This document shows positions 1 to 12,559 of a stretch of DNA of 64,000 bases, in pieces (positions within the stretch are counted from its first letter, which is position 1; each line of letters begins with the position of its first letter). Under the pieces are notes generated by a model that saw only the letters and a program-made list of their open reading frames with translations, made no database searches and had not been told where the DNA came from. This stretch comes from Octopus bimaculoides (Eukaryota), in the NCBI RefSeq assembly GCF_001194135.2, contig NC_068982.1:37334466-37398465 (forward strand), read 5' to 3'. A program made the translations under genes and the position numbers.

Positions 1-2911
1 GACAAGTTACATGCATCACATTATGCACTTTCATGATCCGATTGTTTTTGGTACATGTTCTTCCCAATTTGAAATGCTTGTACTCCTTGTGACATTGCAT
101 GCAGCTCAAACAGTCCAACATAAAGGTTTGTTGCAACATTAGAAAAGTTTTCATAAAAATCTTAAAACAATTTCTCATAACCACACTACTGTTCCAAATC
201 TTACATTGTTCAACTTGCAACTGAAGACAATCCCAAATCTGGACGTCTTTGGAGATGATTGTATTCACTGTAGCAAATGTAGGCAAGACTGGCTGAAAGT
301 CAAGGTCACCTATATACAACACTGCAATTCTGAACATGCTGCACAGTCTGGTTGGCATGTAGGTTTAAATGTTTGATTTATCTTTGGACAGACTTCAAAC
401 ATATATCACTGTAAAGTAAACACATTGTCATATTTGAGATATAGCATACTATGCTATGGAGACAGCAGTCATGTTGAAGATTTTTAGTAAGTTGACATGG
501 TAAAACAGTTAGAACACAAGACAAAATATTTTTCAGTATTTTGTTATTATAGTTTATATGCTGAGTTTAAATCATTGGGCTGACTGACTTTGCCTTTTAT
601 TCTTCTCACATCAATTAAATACATAGTTGTCAAAACTGAGAATGATTAACTTGATCATTCTTCTCTTTCAAAATACACGGTTTGTGCCAAAGTTTGAAAC
701 AGTCATTTATTAATAATAAAGTGTAATTTTACTTAATTCTGTACATTATCTTAGAATTCTTAAAAACAAAGACAAACAATAGTAGACAAAAGTTTACTGT
801 TGTTAATTGAATTCATCTTTAATTATTGATATCTTGCACTACCTTTTCAAAAACAAAAATCAGACAACTGCATCTATGATGTTATTTTGTTCTTTGGAAT
901 TCAACCTAAAGAAACAAAGTAAGCCTCTTTGTTTCTAGTTCTAAACATTTGTGTCCTTGATAAAAAAAAAATTGTGGTCATTCATTCATTCAGTTATTTA
1001 TTACTGTTACATCACTGATCATTTCTAACTCATGGTGGTACCAACAGTTTACGAGTATAATTGGAGAGTTCTTTTGGGAAAATAATGTTTGTATTCTATG
1101 ATTATTTTAAATGCTGTCATCCATTCTTATTTGTGGAAATTAACTAATCTCCCAAAACATTTATCTTTCTTCATGGATGCATTTGATATGTTATATTGTA
1201 CAGGGTTGAGATGTATACATGTGTACAAATCATTTAGCATCAAAATAGCTTGACATTTATGCATAAACACCTTTATTTCATAAATATGACAAAAATAATA
1301 ATATAAATGAACATGACAGAAAACACAATGGCACAGTGAATGTAAGAATATTTCATTTTTTATAATTCAGATGGTTATCAATGCTGTTTTCATCTAAATT
1401 TCCCTGCTATCTCATGATAGTAACAAATAACTTCTGAAAGAATTCATGCTGTACTGGTTAGAATCATGTTGTGAGGTGCATAATCAAAATACCTGTTCTT
1501 TATAAAAGTGATTTCTATAGCAAGTATACTTTTTATTCAAACATGGTTATTCCTCGCTCATAAGCTATAAATGCAATTCATGTTTATTTTGAATACTGCT
1601 TTCAGTCTATTCATGATATTTTTTGCATTTCTTATGAACGAAAAGTAAATCCCAAAGTTTAAAAAATAGGAAGTATGTTTAAAGTTTGATCGTGGTAAGA
1701 ATGACAAACTATTCTACCATTATTAAGATCATTTTTGCCTCTCCTTTTTTAAATTTAGTTAAATGTTTTTAATTTTATATACAGGATGTTGCCAATTTCT
1801 GCTTGGCAATCAATAAAAGAACAATCATGATGTTCTGAGGACTTTTCTTTCTTTTCCTTTCAAGATTAAATTGTAAATATTACATGATTCAATTTTATAT
1901 TCGATTAATCCTTTGATTGAGCTTTCTTCACCTCTATACTCATTGTTAGCACTTCGTTATTGGTTTCAGATGGCAACATAAAGGAAATCAACCTTTTATT
2001 TAGTCCTATATACTAAACTCTATACATTGTACATTCTCAGTTTTTATTGATCTACTCTAGTTTTGGTTGTCACAAATTACAGTTTTAAATATCTACTCAA
2101 CTATCCATCTTTTATTCAAGTTTGAATCACTTTTACATTGCTGTAGCACTTGGAAATTTTAATTAAATATGGCTTGTTGTATACCGTTTTCACTAACTGC
2201 TATTTTATGTGAGGTTCAAAATTGTCTATGGTAAATTCTAGTAATATCAAAATCAAGCATTCATGCTTGCTAAATACATTGGTATTTTGAAATCAGTGAC
2301 AATGAGTTAAACTGATTTGAAATAACATTATAAAGCCTTTTTGATAATTAATGTTGGATTAAATATCTTAAAGATAATTACTAAAATTAGTTGTTTAGTG
2401 AGGCTCTGCATTGATATAAATCAGAATGGAAATAGAAATATATATATTAAAACAAGTTGTGTATTGCTAAGCTATGATGTTAACTTTTCAAACAAGGACT
2501 TTTGAAAACATCTAGCTGAATTTATGATGTGCAATTTTTGGAGACAATAACAATATGGATAGTGAGAAGCAATCACTATAGGTATCTTCAATTGAAGATG
2601 AGCTCTAACTGATAATTTGTCTTTAATAAAATCCATTTAACCTCTGTAGCAGGATAAAATATTTGAATGTTTGTGTTTGCTGACCAGGCATTTTTCTTTT
2701 CCTCCTCTATGAACACTTTAGAATCCAGTAATTAGAAGTGTTCCCCACCTGTTATAAATGTTCTTTTACTGATTTCATTCATTGACCTGCAGCTATGCTG
2801 TAGCACTGCCTCCAGGTGTTTTAGTTGATCATATTTTAAGTCTGGTATTTATTTTAACAATTTTTAACTGCTAAGTTATGGGGAATGATAGGTCACAACA
2901 TAAATACACAT

Positions 2912-2914
<3 letters not shown>

Positions 2915-2987
<73 letters not shown>
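2915..2987. repeat. (CT)n microsatellite
   Basis: Direct reading. Confidence 0.95.
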
Positions 2988-2991
<4 letters not shown>

Positions 2992-3721
2992 TCACTTTTT
3001 TGCTTTTTTCTACTAGTTGATATTCTGTAGTCGCCTTCTCTTTTACTCTATTTGAATGGAGACAATGAAGAGCAGTAAGGATGCCTTTTATCTTTCAGGG
3101 AACAATCTAACCTTATTAGTGCTGTTCCCAAGATAAAATGCACCCAATGCATTCTCTTGATGAATGACCTAAGACAATCTCTCATCAAGAGGACCAGCAT
3201 TAACAATCTAAAACAATGTGTATTGAAGAGAACTCTTAGTCTTGTCTTTCAAAGGCATGACAGTCTCTTGATCTCTTGTACTGCTACCAAAATAAAATCC
3301 ACAGTGTTTAGGAAGGGCATCCAAATGTAGAAGTCAAACCAAAATAAAATGTACAAGTAAAACATGATCATCTAATTTGTCCAAGAGAGCAGTAACTTGA
3401 AATAAGAACTGACTCAGATCTTGTCAACCTGTCTTACTCATACCAGCAGGAAAAGTGAATGTAAGATAATATGTTGGAATTCTGCACAGTTTCTGGTCTG
3501 TCAAATTTCATTCACGAAGTAATAGCCAATCTGATGTTATAGTAGAACACAATAGCCTAAATTGCTATGTGGCAGGATCAAACCCAGAACCATTCAGCAC
3601 TTGTGTGTGTGTGTATTTTTGACATTGTATATAATGAACAGCTTCTCAGTTCATTAAATCAGAAACCAGGTCATCTTGAAATAATTTTAGAAGTACTAGG
3701 AATATGAGAACTCAGTGTAGC

Positions 3722-3762
<41 letters not shown>

Positions 3763-5229
3763 TAATTGGAAGCATAGTACAGTTCTTAATATTAGCATTT
3801 TGCATTGTTAAATGTAACTAGACAGTTGGATCTTATGAAAGTCATAATGGAAAGAGTGGATATAGATATACACAAACACATACACATATGATAGAAGTAG
3901 TTGGTGTTAACCATAGCCAGATCATTGAATTTAGGGTATGTAGTAGAAAGTCTTGTAATATATGGAATTGACAGAGTTTTTGATAAAAGAAATAGAATTA
4001 TCATGATGAATTCTTTAGATATTGTTGAAGCTGACATGGGGAGGGATTGCAATATTACCATTCACACAAGACTAATTGGAATGGGCAGTAGAAAATAATA
4101 GGAATTTAGGCAATTATTTCTAACCTTAATGCACAGGAAGTTTGTCCTTAAGATTTTTACGTTGTATTTTATCAAATCCTTTGCTAATATTATTGTTTTC
4201 ATAGGCTACTGTCTATCTATTTAGATTTGTGTTGACATATTAATGCTATGAGCATCAAGAATCCAGTGGGAAATATTTATATAATGAGAAGGACTTTATT
4301 ACCTCAATGATTACTAATATTTTAATCTTTTCACCAAATATGGAAGGTGATTACATGTATATCTCAATCTTAGACATTCTGTTTCACTGAAAAGGTCTAG
4401 TAAGGCCAAAATATACCCTGTATTGTCTCTCATGCTTACCAAAAATTTTTTCGATAGTCATTGAGCTAATTACATTGCTTCTCAACTAAGTTTTTTAAAA
4501 TGGGTTGTTGTGTGTTTAAAAAAAATTTTTTTTATTCTCACTGCATTAAATATGTTAGCGCTAAATTAAATATTGTGTTTCATGTGGACTCAGAGTTAAT
4601 TCATCTAAGTGTTTTTTAGACCCCCCCCTCTCCCAAACATACCATTTGTTACATTGGAAGGTAGATTCCTAACGAGAAACTTTGATACATAATCACCTAA
4701 ATGCACAGTGATACTTGCATCTACCATCTTGGAACTATCAAAATTATAGAGAACAGCATAGTACTTAGTGGGATCACAAGTTTCCTTTCTTGGGGATGTG
4801 ATGGACCGTACAAGTTTTTATGCTTTTGGGAAGATATCAATAAGCAATAAAAATTTGAACTGCTTGAGTTAGGAGTGAAGTTTTTTGGGTTTTTGTTTTC
4901 TTTTTTGTTTTACTTTTTTTAAGCACATTGTATTAGAATACAATTTGCTGTAACTATGAAAGATCTGAATATCTATAAATCTAATATCACCAACACTAGC
5001 AAATTTCATATACTCCTTTCTCGAAATCTGATAATGTGTAAATGAATAATATTTCTCTTCAGTCAATATATTTTCCTTTTTAATATTCCTTAGGTTCAGG
5101 AATTCATTCCTTATATTTGTATGTAATATTTCATCACTGTCACATATATTATTTTCCATTGATCCTGCTAAAACTAATATATTTTCTTCTCTTTCGTATG
5201 AGTTTGTTAAAATTTTATTTATTTATTTA

Positions 5230-5261
<32 letters not shown>

Positions 5262-5266
5262 CATAG

Positions 5267-5436
5267 GAAATTCAGGCAGAAGTAGATTCTCACCAAAATG
5301 CTTATGAATCATTAACAAGTGCTGGTAATCAACTTGCAAGAACCATGGTGGCACAAGATACTACACAGCTTCATCATCGTCTGGAGGAGATGAACCAGCG
5401 ATGGCTCACATTGATGACCACCTCAATGGAAATCAG
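5267..5436 (+). CDS. DMD: Dystrophin exon, human exon 56 equivalent (spectrin repeat), phase 0 to 2
   Basis: Poly-T + tcatag acceptor, gtatga donor; EIQAEVDSHQNAYESLTSAGNQLARTMVAQDTTQLHHRLEEMNQRWLTLMTTSMEI(R) resembles human DLQGEIEAHTD...LQRRLDNMNFKWSELRKKSLNIR. Confidence 0.93.
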
Positions 5437-5646
5437 GTATGACAATGTATAACTCTTTCAAAAAAGATATTAGTTTAAACCAGATGAGTCAAGTAAAATA
5501 GCTGAACCATATTTATATAGTGTTTATAATTACATTTGCATCTATCCTATCATTGCCAATTTTTTTTCTTTCCTTGCACTTTTTATAATAAATCTGACAG
5601 AAAGAGATTCTGACATTTCTTTATCTTTGATATAAATCTTTTAAGA

Positions 5647-5684
<38 letters not shown>

Positions 5685-6477
5685 ATCACTTCATATACAA
5701 AAAAAAATTCCTTTTATTCAGAGTAGCTATTGAAACAGTTATTTTATACAGAGATTTGATAAGCATTTTAACAAGTGAAGACTGTTAGTAACAAGGGTTA
5801 CAGGAACAAAATCAGAAATAAAAGACAGGTAGCTTAAGAAAAATGGCTTTGATTGTTCAAGGACTGAGAAGTGAGTGCTACCGAAAAATAAAGTAGCATT
5901 GCTGGTATACATTTCACATAAAATCAATATTGGATATTTTCTATCATCCAGCTTTCTAAGACAAAAACCTTACTTTGTACATACTTACAGTATTCTTTAA
6001 TTGATCTCATTTAGAATTTCCAGACAGACTTAATGCATTCTTTGTTTCACTTTTGATATATTTCTTACAAAACTGATGTACAGGTATAGCCCTGAGATTT
6101 TTCATAATGTTGAATCAATAATTCTAAGTACTTAATGCTATATTGAATTTATAAAATAAAAAATATAGTAATGATTTATACATCAGCATATAGCTACAAA
6201 ATTTTATTTGGTACTTATTTTATTGACTATAAGTAAGGGTTGAACTTAAAACTGTAATGCATTAAGTTTAATTGATGGTTGCAGGGGCACCTACATATCT
6301 ATTTTCTAGGGCCATTAAATATGTATCACAACTATAGATGATGCAATATAATTGAAGAAAAATAATTACAGGAATTATTCTGATATAAGGACATGAAAAC
6401 AAAGATAGTGATGATACTAGTTCTAAATTCAAAATAAACCCCATTGTGTTAGTTGGGTTGAGATAAGATTTATTTAT

Positions 6478-7350
6478 GTGCAGAAAATAGACTCCATCAA
6501 CTCCCAGTGGGGTAAGCTAGAAGTAGTAGATAGCTTCCGGTATCTAGGTGACCAGGTTAGTAGTAGAGGTGGTTGTTCCTAGAGCGTAGCTGTGAGAATA
6601 AGATTAGGTTGGGCAAAGTTCAGAGAGCTCCTACCCCTGCTGGCAACAAAGGGCCTTCCTCTCAGAGTGAAAGGCAGATTGTTTGATGCCTCTGTGCGAA
6701 CAGCTATGCTGCATGGCAGTGAAACATGGGCTATAACAGCTGAGGACATGCATAGGCTTGAGAGAAATGAAGCCAGTATGCTTCACTGGATGTGCAATGT
6801 CAGTGTGCATGTTCGACAGAGTGTAAGCATCTTGAGAGAAAAGTTAGGCATAAGAAGAAGTGGCTGAATACCTTTCAAGTATTGGGCCTCATGGAGGCAT
6901 AGTGGCTGAGTTTCTTTTGAGTGTTGGGCCTCACGAAGGTGAGGTAGCTGAGTTCCTTTCAAGCAGGCTTCACGGAGGCGAGGTGGCTGTATTCCTTTTG
7001 AGCATTGGGCCTCATGAAGGCAAAGTGACCAAGCTCCTTTCGAGTGTTGGGCCTCATGGAGGCAACAACCAAGACCTTTGGCATTATGTTGTGCTTGAGA
7101 AGAAGACCCATCAGGCCAAGCAAAGTCAGAGCCGTGGCAGTTACCAGTGTCAAACAAATGGCACCCATGCCAGTGGCACGTAAAAGAATCTGTGACACTC
7201 TCGGAGTGTTTGGCGTTAGGAAGGGCATCCAGCTGTAGAAAACCATGTCAAATCAGACTGGAGCCTAGTGCAGCCTTCCAGCATGCCAGCCCAGTCAAAC
7301 TGACCAGCCCATGCCAGCATTGACAACAGACATTAAATGATAATGATGAT
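6478..7350 (+). mobile_element. 5'-truncated RTE-clade LINE (RT C-terminus, tandem array, 3' tail)
   Basis: LEVVDSFRYLGDQ...RIRLGWAKFRELLPLL...MLHGSETW is the RTE RT thumb region (one in-frame stop); ends in the cccatgccagcat...aaatgataatgatgat tail. Confidence 0.88.
6860..7066 (+). repeat. Five tandem 42-nt units (one 39 nt) inside the RTE fragment
   Basis: Units start at 6860, 6902, 6944, 6983 and 7025; consensus gtggctgagttcctttcgagtgttgggcctca(t/c)ggaggc. Confidence 0.9.
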
Positions 7351-8635
7351 TTGTTTTTAGCTTAAAAGCTACATCTACACTGTATAAACAATTTCCTTGG
7401 AAAATATTTATGAAAATCAAGTTAACAGGGAGTCTCTGAGTGGTTACTCTACCTGCTAGGAATAACAGTCATGCTGCTTATTTTCTACAAACTGCTCTCT
7501 CCAAGGCTTTGATTTTTATTACTTCTTGTTTGCTTATTTGATAAAAGTAGTGAATGAAGTCTACTATGTAGGTCTTTTGAGAAGCACAAGTCTTTTTTTT
7601 TTTTAATTTTCATATACTCTCCTTGAGAGAAAATTTATATTCATTTTATATTCATCTACCCTATGCCAGTATAGCTTTCTCAGTTGGATATTGACATGTT
7701 CATTTGAAGATGTACTTCTGCAACTGGATAGCTTTCCTACCATTAATTAGCCAACCCAGAATTCTTATCCAGGAATTCCCACAAAGTTCATGATCACTGA
7801 CAGCCCTTCCCTTATTGACTAAATTGGAAAAAAGATTTTTTTTTAATTATGAGTGGTAGCAACAGAAATATTTCAGATTGACATAATGAGGTGTAATGTA
7901 TTACTCAGAAGCTGGGTAAAGTCGTTTGAACTCAGAATATTGTCACTAAAACAAAATAGTTAATAAAAGAAAAATAGATATTGATGTTTTTCAGAAAAGC
8001 TTGAGAAATTAACATCAAAATAACCTTATCTGGTCAATTGATGTGTGAAAATATTAATATTGATTATTGACCTGTCTCTTATCACACAGTTTTATTCATA
8101 AAGGTTTCACAAAAACATATTAAACCAAGTGTTTTGTTTTGTTTTTCTTTCTTTTTTTTTCTTTTTTTTTTCTTGCTATTAAAAACTTCCTAATTGTCTG
8201 GCTCTACATTTTTTAGAAATGAATTTTGAAAAAACCCAAAATTACTACCATATTCTCCCAAAGTGTACAATTTTCATTTCTATGGTTGTTTTATTCTTAA
8301 GGCTAATGCTAACATAAGATCACAGCTTTCTTTTGTAATAACAAAATGTATGGCAGCTGTTTTATCTTTGGAAAATAATAACAGAATTCTTCAGTTTATA
8401 TTGATTTAGATTTTTTTCTTTTTTTCTTTTGTGAGAATTTTAACTGAGAACTCAACATGTAGCAGTTATTTCCTTGAAAAAAGAAAGAGGAAAAGTAACA
8501 ATACCTGTTGACCCCTTTACCTTAATATTTCAGGTTTTCAAACACTATCCAAATTTGCCTCAGCTTTCAAACACAAAATTCAAATTTACCTTGGAGAATT
8601 TTCTCTTTTTAGTTTCACTTTGGCTTACAATTTAA

Positions 8636-8673
<38 letters not shown>

Positions 8674-8916
8674 TCTCTCTCTCCAAGAAAACTTTTGCAT
8701 AGTTTGTACATTACAAGTATAATCATGAATGATAACCAGATGACTGCAAGCAAATGTTAGTTTGTTTTTGTTCTTTAATGATGTTACCTAAATTGTATAC
8801 TAGATCTGGATAAAAAGATCTAAAATACACCAGACATTGCTTTTGATGTAGTAAATTTCTTGAGTATATATATTTGTAGCAAAAATGTGGTGGTAATTCA
8901 ATAATTAATGATATGT

Positions 8917-9260
8917 AGATGCAGGCATGGCTGTATGCTTAAGAAGTTTGCTTCACAGTCATGTACTTTTGGATTTAGTTTCCCTTCACAGCACTTTGAA
9001 CATCTACTATACTTACAAAATCCTTGTAAATGAATTTCAATGGGGGAAACTGAAAAGAAGTTATTTGTATGTGTGTGTTTGCTTGCACATATGTACTTCT
9101 GTCTCTTTGTCTTGATGTCACATGCTAATTGTAAACAAGTGTCACTGTCATACAAACAGTGTTGTTTGTTTGCAATCTTTCATGAAAATATGTCTTGGGA
9201 AAATATTACTTTGCTTGGAAACAGGTACAAGATGGCACCAAGAACATCATTCACCCATAA
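8917..9260 (+). mobile_element. Degenerate tRNA-derived SINE
   Basis: Head agatgcaggcatggctgt and internal ggaaactgaaa-gaag shared with the copies at 9925 and 63092. Confidence 0.65.
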
Positions 9261-9924
9261 AAAATCTTGTTTGAGCCATGCAAGCATAGAAAATTAGGCA
9301 TTAAAACAACAACAAGGACAGCAACAATAATATGCGCATGAATCTTGTAAATTGAAAATCAGTTGAAGGATTTAGTGAAAAGTTCTCTGATAAGTCTAAA
9401 GAATAGGCACAGAAGTTTTTAATTACTTTTATAAGTTAAACATACCTAATACACTTTTAAACACCAGCTTTTAGGTTGTTTAACATTAATTATTTACAAG
9501 ATGAATTTACTGCTAATACTCCTCTTTACCCTTTTTGATATCAGCCTGCCTGAAACTGTACTTGTTTTATAGTAACCTTAAGATCTTCCATCGAAATTTC
9601 ATATTAATTTATGATCCAAACACTAAATTAATAATGATTTATTTTACTAAATTCTTTATTACTTTCAAAATTAATTGAAACAATAATAGTGTATTTTAAC
9701 GGAATATGGTAAGAAACGAGTTAAACTACTAATAGAATAGATAGAAAATATTTAGCTAAATTTATAGAATTTTTTTAAAAATAGAAATTAAATGACAACC
9801 AAGTGAAAGCAATATCATGAAATGGACACAGTTTTTTTTTTCTGGGGGGGGGGGTCAAATTAGTGCTTGAGATGAATAACTTAAAGAGTATTTACTAAGA
9901 TATACATTGTCAAAATTATCATAA

Positions 9925-10316
9925 GCGCAGGAGTGGCTGTGTGATAAGTAGCTTGCTTACCAACCACATGGTTCCGGGTTCAGTCCCACTGTGTGGCATC
10001 TTGGGCAAGTGACTTCTACTATAGTCTCAGGCCGACCAAAGCCTTGTGAGTGGATTTGGTAGACGGAAACTGAAAGAAGCCCATCGTATATATATGTGTG
10101 TGTGTGTCTGTGTTTGTCCCCCTAGCATTGCTTGACAACCGATGCTGGTGTGTTTATGTCCCCATCACTTAGTGGTTCGGCAAAAGAGACCGATAAAATA
10201 AGTACTAGGCTTAAAAAGAATAAGTCCCAGGGTCGATTTGCTCAACTAAAGGTGGTGCTCCAGCATGGCCGCAGTCAAATGACTGAAACAAGTAAAGAGA
10301 AAAGAGAAAGAGAAAG
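9925..10316 (+). mobile_element. tRNA-derived SINE, well preserved
   Basis: A-box-like tggctgtgtg, B-box ggttcagtccc (9977-9987), cttgggcaagt core, tail ggtgctccagcatggccgcagtc and (gagaaa)n. Confidence 0.88.
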
Positions 10317-10579
10317 ATATGCCAAAGAAAGAAACTGATTGCATTTAAGTGTTCTGTCAGAAAACAGAGTAGAAAGTAAATTTAAAGTTTCATTTAGTCA
10401 TCAAGGTTTTATCATTTAAAAATTTGACAAATGTTACATTTATCATTTTTTAAATATTTATGATTTATCTTCTTTGTTTTTCTGGCTCTTGAGGTTTTCT
10501 TAAATTCATTCTGATTTTAGTATTAGCTAAAACAATACTATTATCTTATCTGTCTGATTCCAATTATTTTCTGTTTTAG

Positions 10580-10736
10580 AGGGCGTTTGGAGAGTAATGC
10601 AGAACAATGGACACACTTGTTACTTCAACTACAAGACCTTACTAGTTGGATCACTCAACAGCAAAGAATGCTCATCTCCCAACAACCTGTTGGAGGAGAT
10701 TTGCAATTGGTTCAACAACAAAATGAAGAAAATCAG
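10580..10736 (+). CDS. DMD: Dystrophin exon, human exon 57 equivalent, phase 2 to 0
   Basis: ttttag/gtaaat borders, 157 nt; (R)GRLESNAEQWTHLLLQLQDLTSWITQQQRMLISQQPVGGDLQLVQQQNEENQ. Confidence 0.95.
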
Positions 10737-10845
10737 GTAAATATTTATAGTCATTCATAACTTCTGACTACAGCAAACATTTTTTGTTCATATATTATTT
10801 TCAACATCATTTCTTACCTACTTCACATTTCATTAATTTCCCCAG

Positions 10846-10975
10846 AGATTGAGAGATCAGCTAGATTTAAAGCGTCCTGTAGTTGAACAGAATCTTGAAG
10901 CAGGAAGGTATTACCTACGTGAAGAGGGTGAAGAAAGACGACTCAGTACAGATAGTTCAGAAAGTGTGGAGCTAG
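10846..10975 (+). CDS. DMD: Dystrophin exon, human exon 58 equivalent, phase 0 to 1
   Basis: ccccag/gtaaat borders after a 109-nt intron; RLRDQLDLKRPVVEQNLEAGRYYLREEGEERRLSTDSSESVEL(D). Confidence 0.92.
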
Positions 10976-12310
10976 GTAAATATAATTTTTTTTTTTTTTT
11001 TTTTTTTTTTTTTCAATTTTAAAATACTTGGTTTCACTTACACCCTTAAAAAAATATGCATGCTGCCATTCTTCAGCTATCAACAGTAAAATTACATTTT
11101 CCAAATATATTAAACAAAAACCAAAATATAGTTTCTTGTTCCTATTTTACAGCAGAGGTATACAGATAATGGTCTGATGTATTTTGTTTTGTCTTTTCTA
11201 TAAAGCAAATTTTTGATAGAATTTATATGATTAAAAGATATTTTCTATATTATATTCAGAATAAGATAGTTATCTCAAAAATATATTAAAACTAATTAGA
11301 ACGTTTCAGTATATTATGTTTGTTTAAGTATTCCTTTTGATCATTTGTTTTAGCAGTTTGTTTCTGTACCCATTGATAAAGTCATCAAATTGAATTTAAG
11401 CACTTTCTTTGCATATGTGTGATGATAGCCTTTATGATATTTTAATATGACTTTCAGAAGTTTTTTTTTTGTTTTGTTTTTTTGTTTGTTTTTTTTTTGA
11501 TGTCCATGCGTTTTTAGATATTTAACTTTCCTGGGAAAAATAAATTCTTTATGCTGAGATTTTACTTTGATCCTCTCTTCATTATGCTATAGGGAAAAGT
11601 GTTTATAAGGTAATTTATAGAAAGCTTTGTTCATGTTAGATGTAACTACTGTACCTTCATTATGGTGCTCTGTGTGTCTAACAATTTCTGAAAGCAAAAA
11701 TGCTGGTAGGATGGGGGGGGGGTCTTTTAAATGAAAGTGCCAGAAGAGTTAGTTATTCTCTAATTTTCATTTATGGAATGAATAAAAAAAACATTACTTG
11801 GTTGATATATATGTTTTGAGTGTAGCAGCTAGCTATGCTAATGATAGTATCAGTAGCCAAATGTAGTAGTGGTAATGCTGATACAGTTGAAGCTGGCATT
11901 AATAACAATAGTTGTGTTGATGTGATTATTATTGATGTTTTTTTGTTTCATATTCTTAATTAGTCAAATGAGAAGAGAAAGCACCCATAAACTTTTCAAA
12001 GCTCTCTGCCTTGCAAACTGTTATGACCAGTGCAACTGATGTTCAGTTTGAACTTATGTGGGAAAACCATGAGCATGAGCAAATTCCAAGGGGTAGCAGC
12101 TATAGAAAGGCATAATTGAGAAATGTGTTTATTTTGGTGTGTAAAACATGATAGAAGTTCCAAAAAGAAAAACAAACTGGACTCATTAGATGAGTTTAAA
12201 TGGAGGTGATAAGTAGCATACTTGTTCAGAGAAGTTAAAATCATTGTAGTAATAGAAGTAAAAGTAGAAAGAAGAAACGATGCATTATGTAAAAAAAAAT
12301 TTTTTTTAAT

Positions 12311-12559
12311 CTTCAACCCTGATTAGTTGCTGGCTCCCTACAAAGTTCAAGTATGATCCACATGAGAGTATTGCTCACATATCTGAAACAGCAATAAAAG
12401 TGTGAAGCTGTTGCGTGCTGGTATATGAGTCTTTGTCAAACAACCAGGTGGACTTCTTTGGTATGTAGTCTAAATATCTGTGTGTTACAGCAGCACTGTC
12501 TCAGATATGTGAGCAATACTTGATCTTTGTAGGGAGCCAGAAACTAATCAGGGTTGAAG
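12311..12559. mobile_element. Fold-back MITE with 64-nt terminal inverted repeats
   Basis: Left arm 12311-12391 (with a 17-nt insertion) vs right arm 12496-12559: 3 mismatches in 64 nt. Confidence 0.88.

Noticed and set aside
1-358. Open minus-strand frame of about 119 codons running off the window edge
   Set aside because: No recognisable motif; neighbouring frames show only vague RT-like words. Probably decayed repeat; needs a BLAST search.
6860-7066. CRISPR-like array
   Set aside because: Head-to-tail units without unique spacers, eukaryotic context, derived from RTE coding sequence.
6860-7246. Overlapping ORFs with 14-aa repeats on both strands as novel proteins
   Set aside because: They arise because the unit length is a multiple of 3 inside a LINE remnant; no promoter or splice support.
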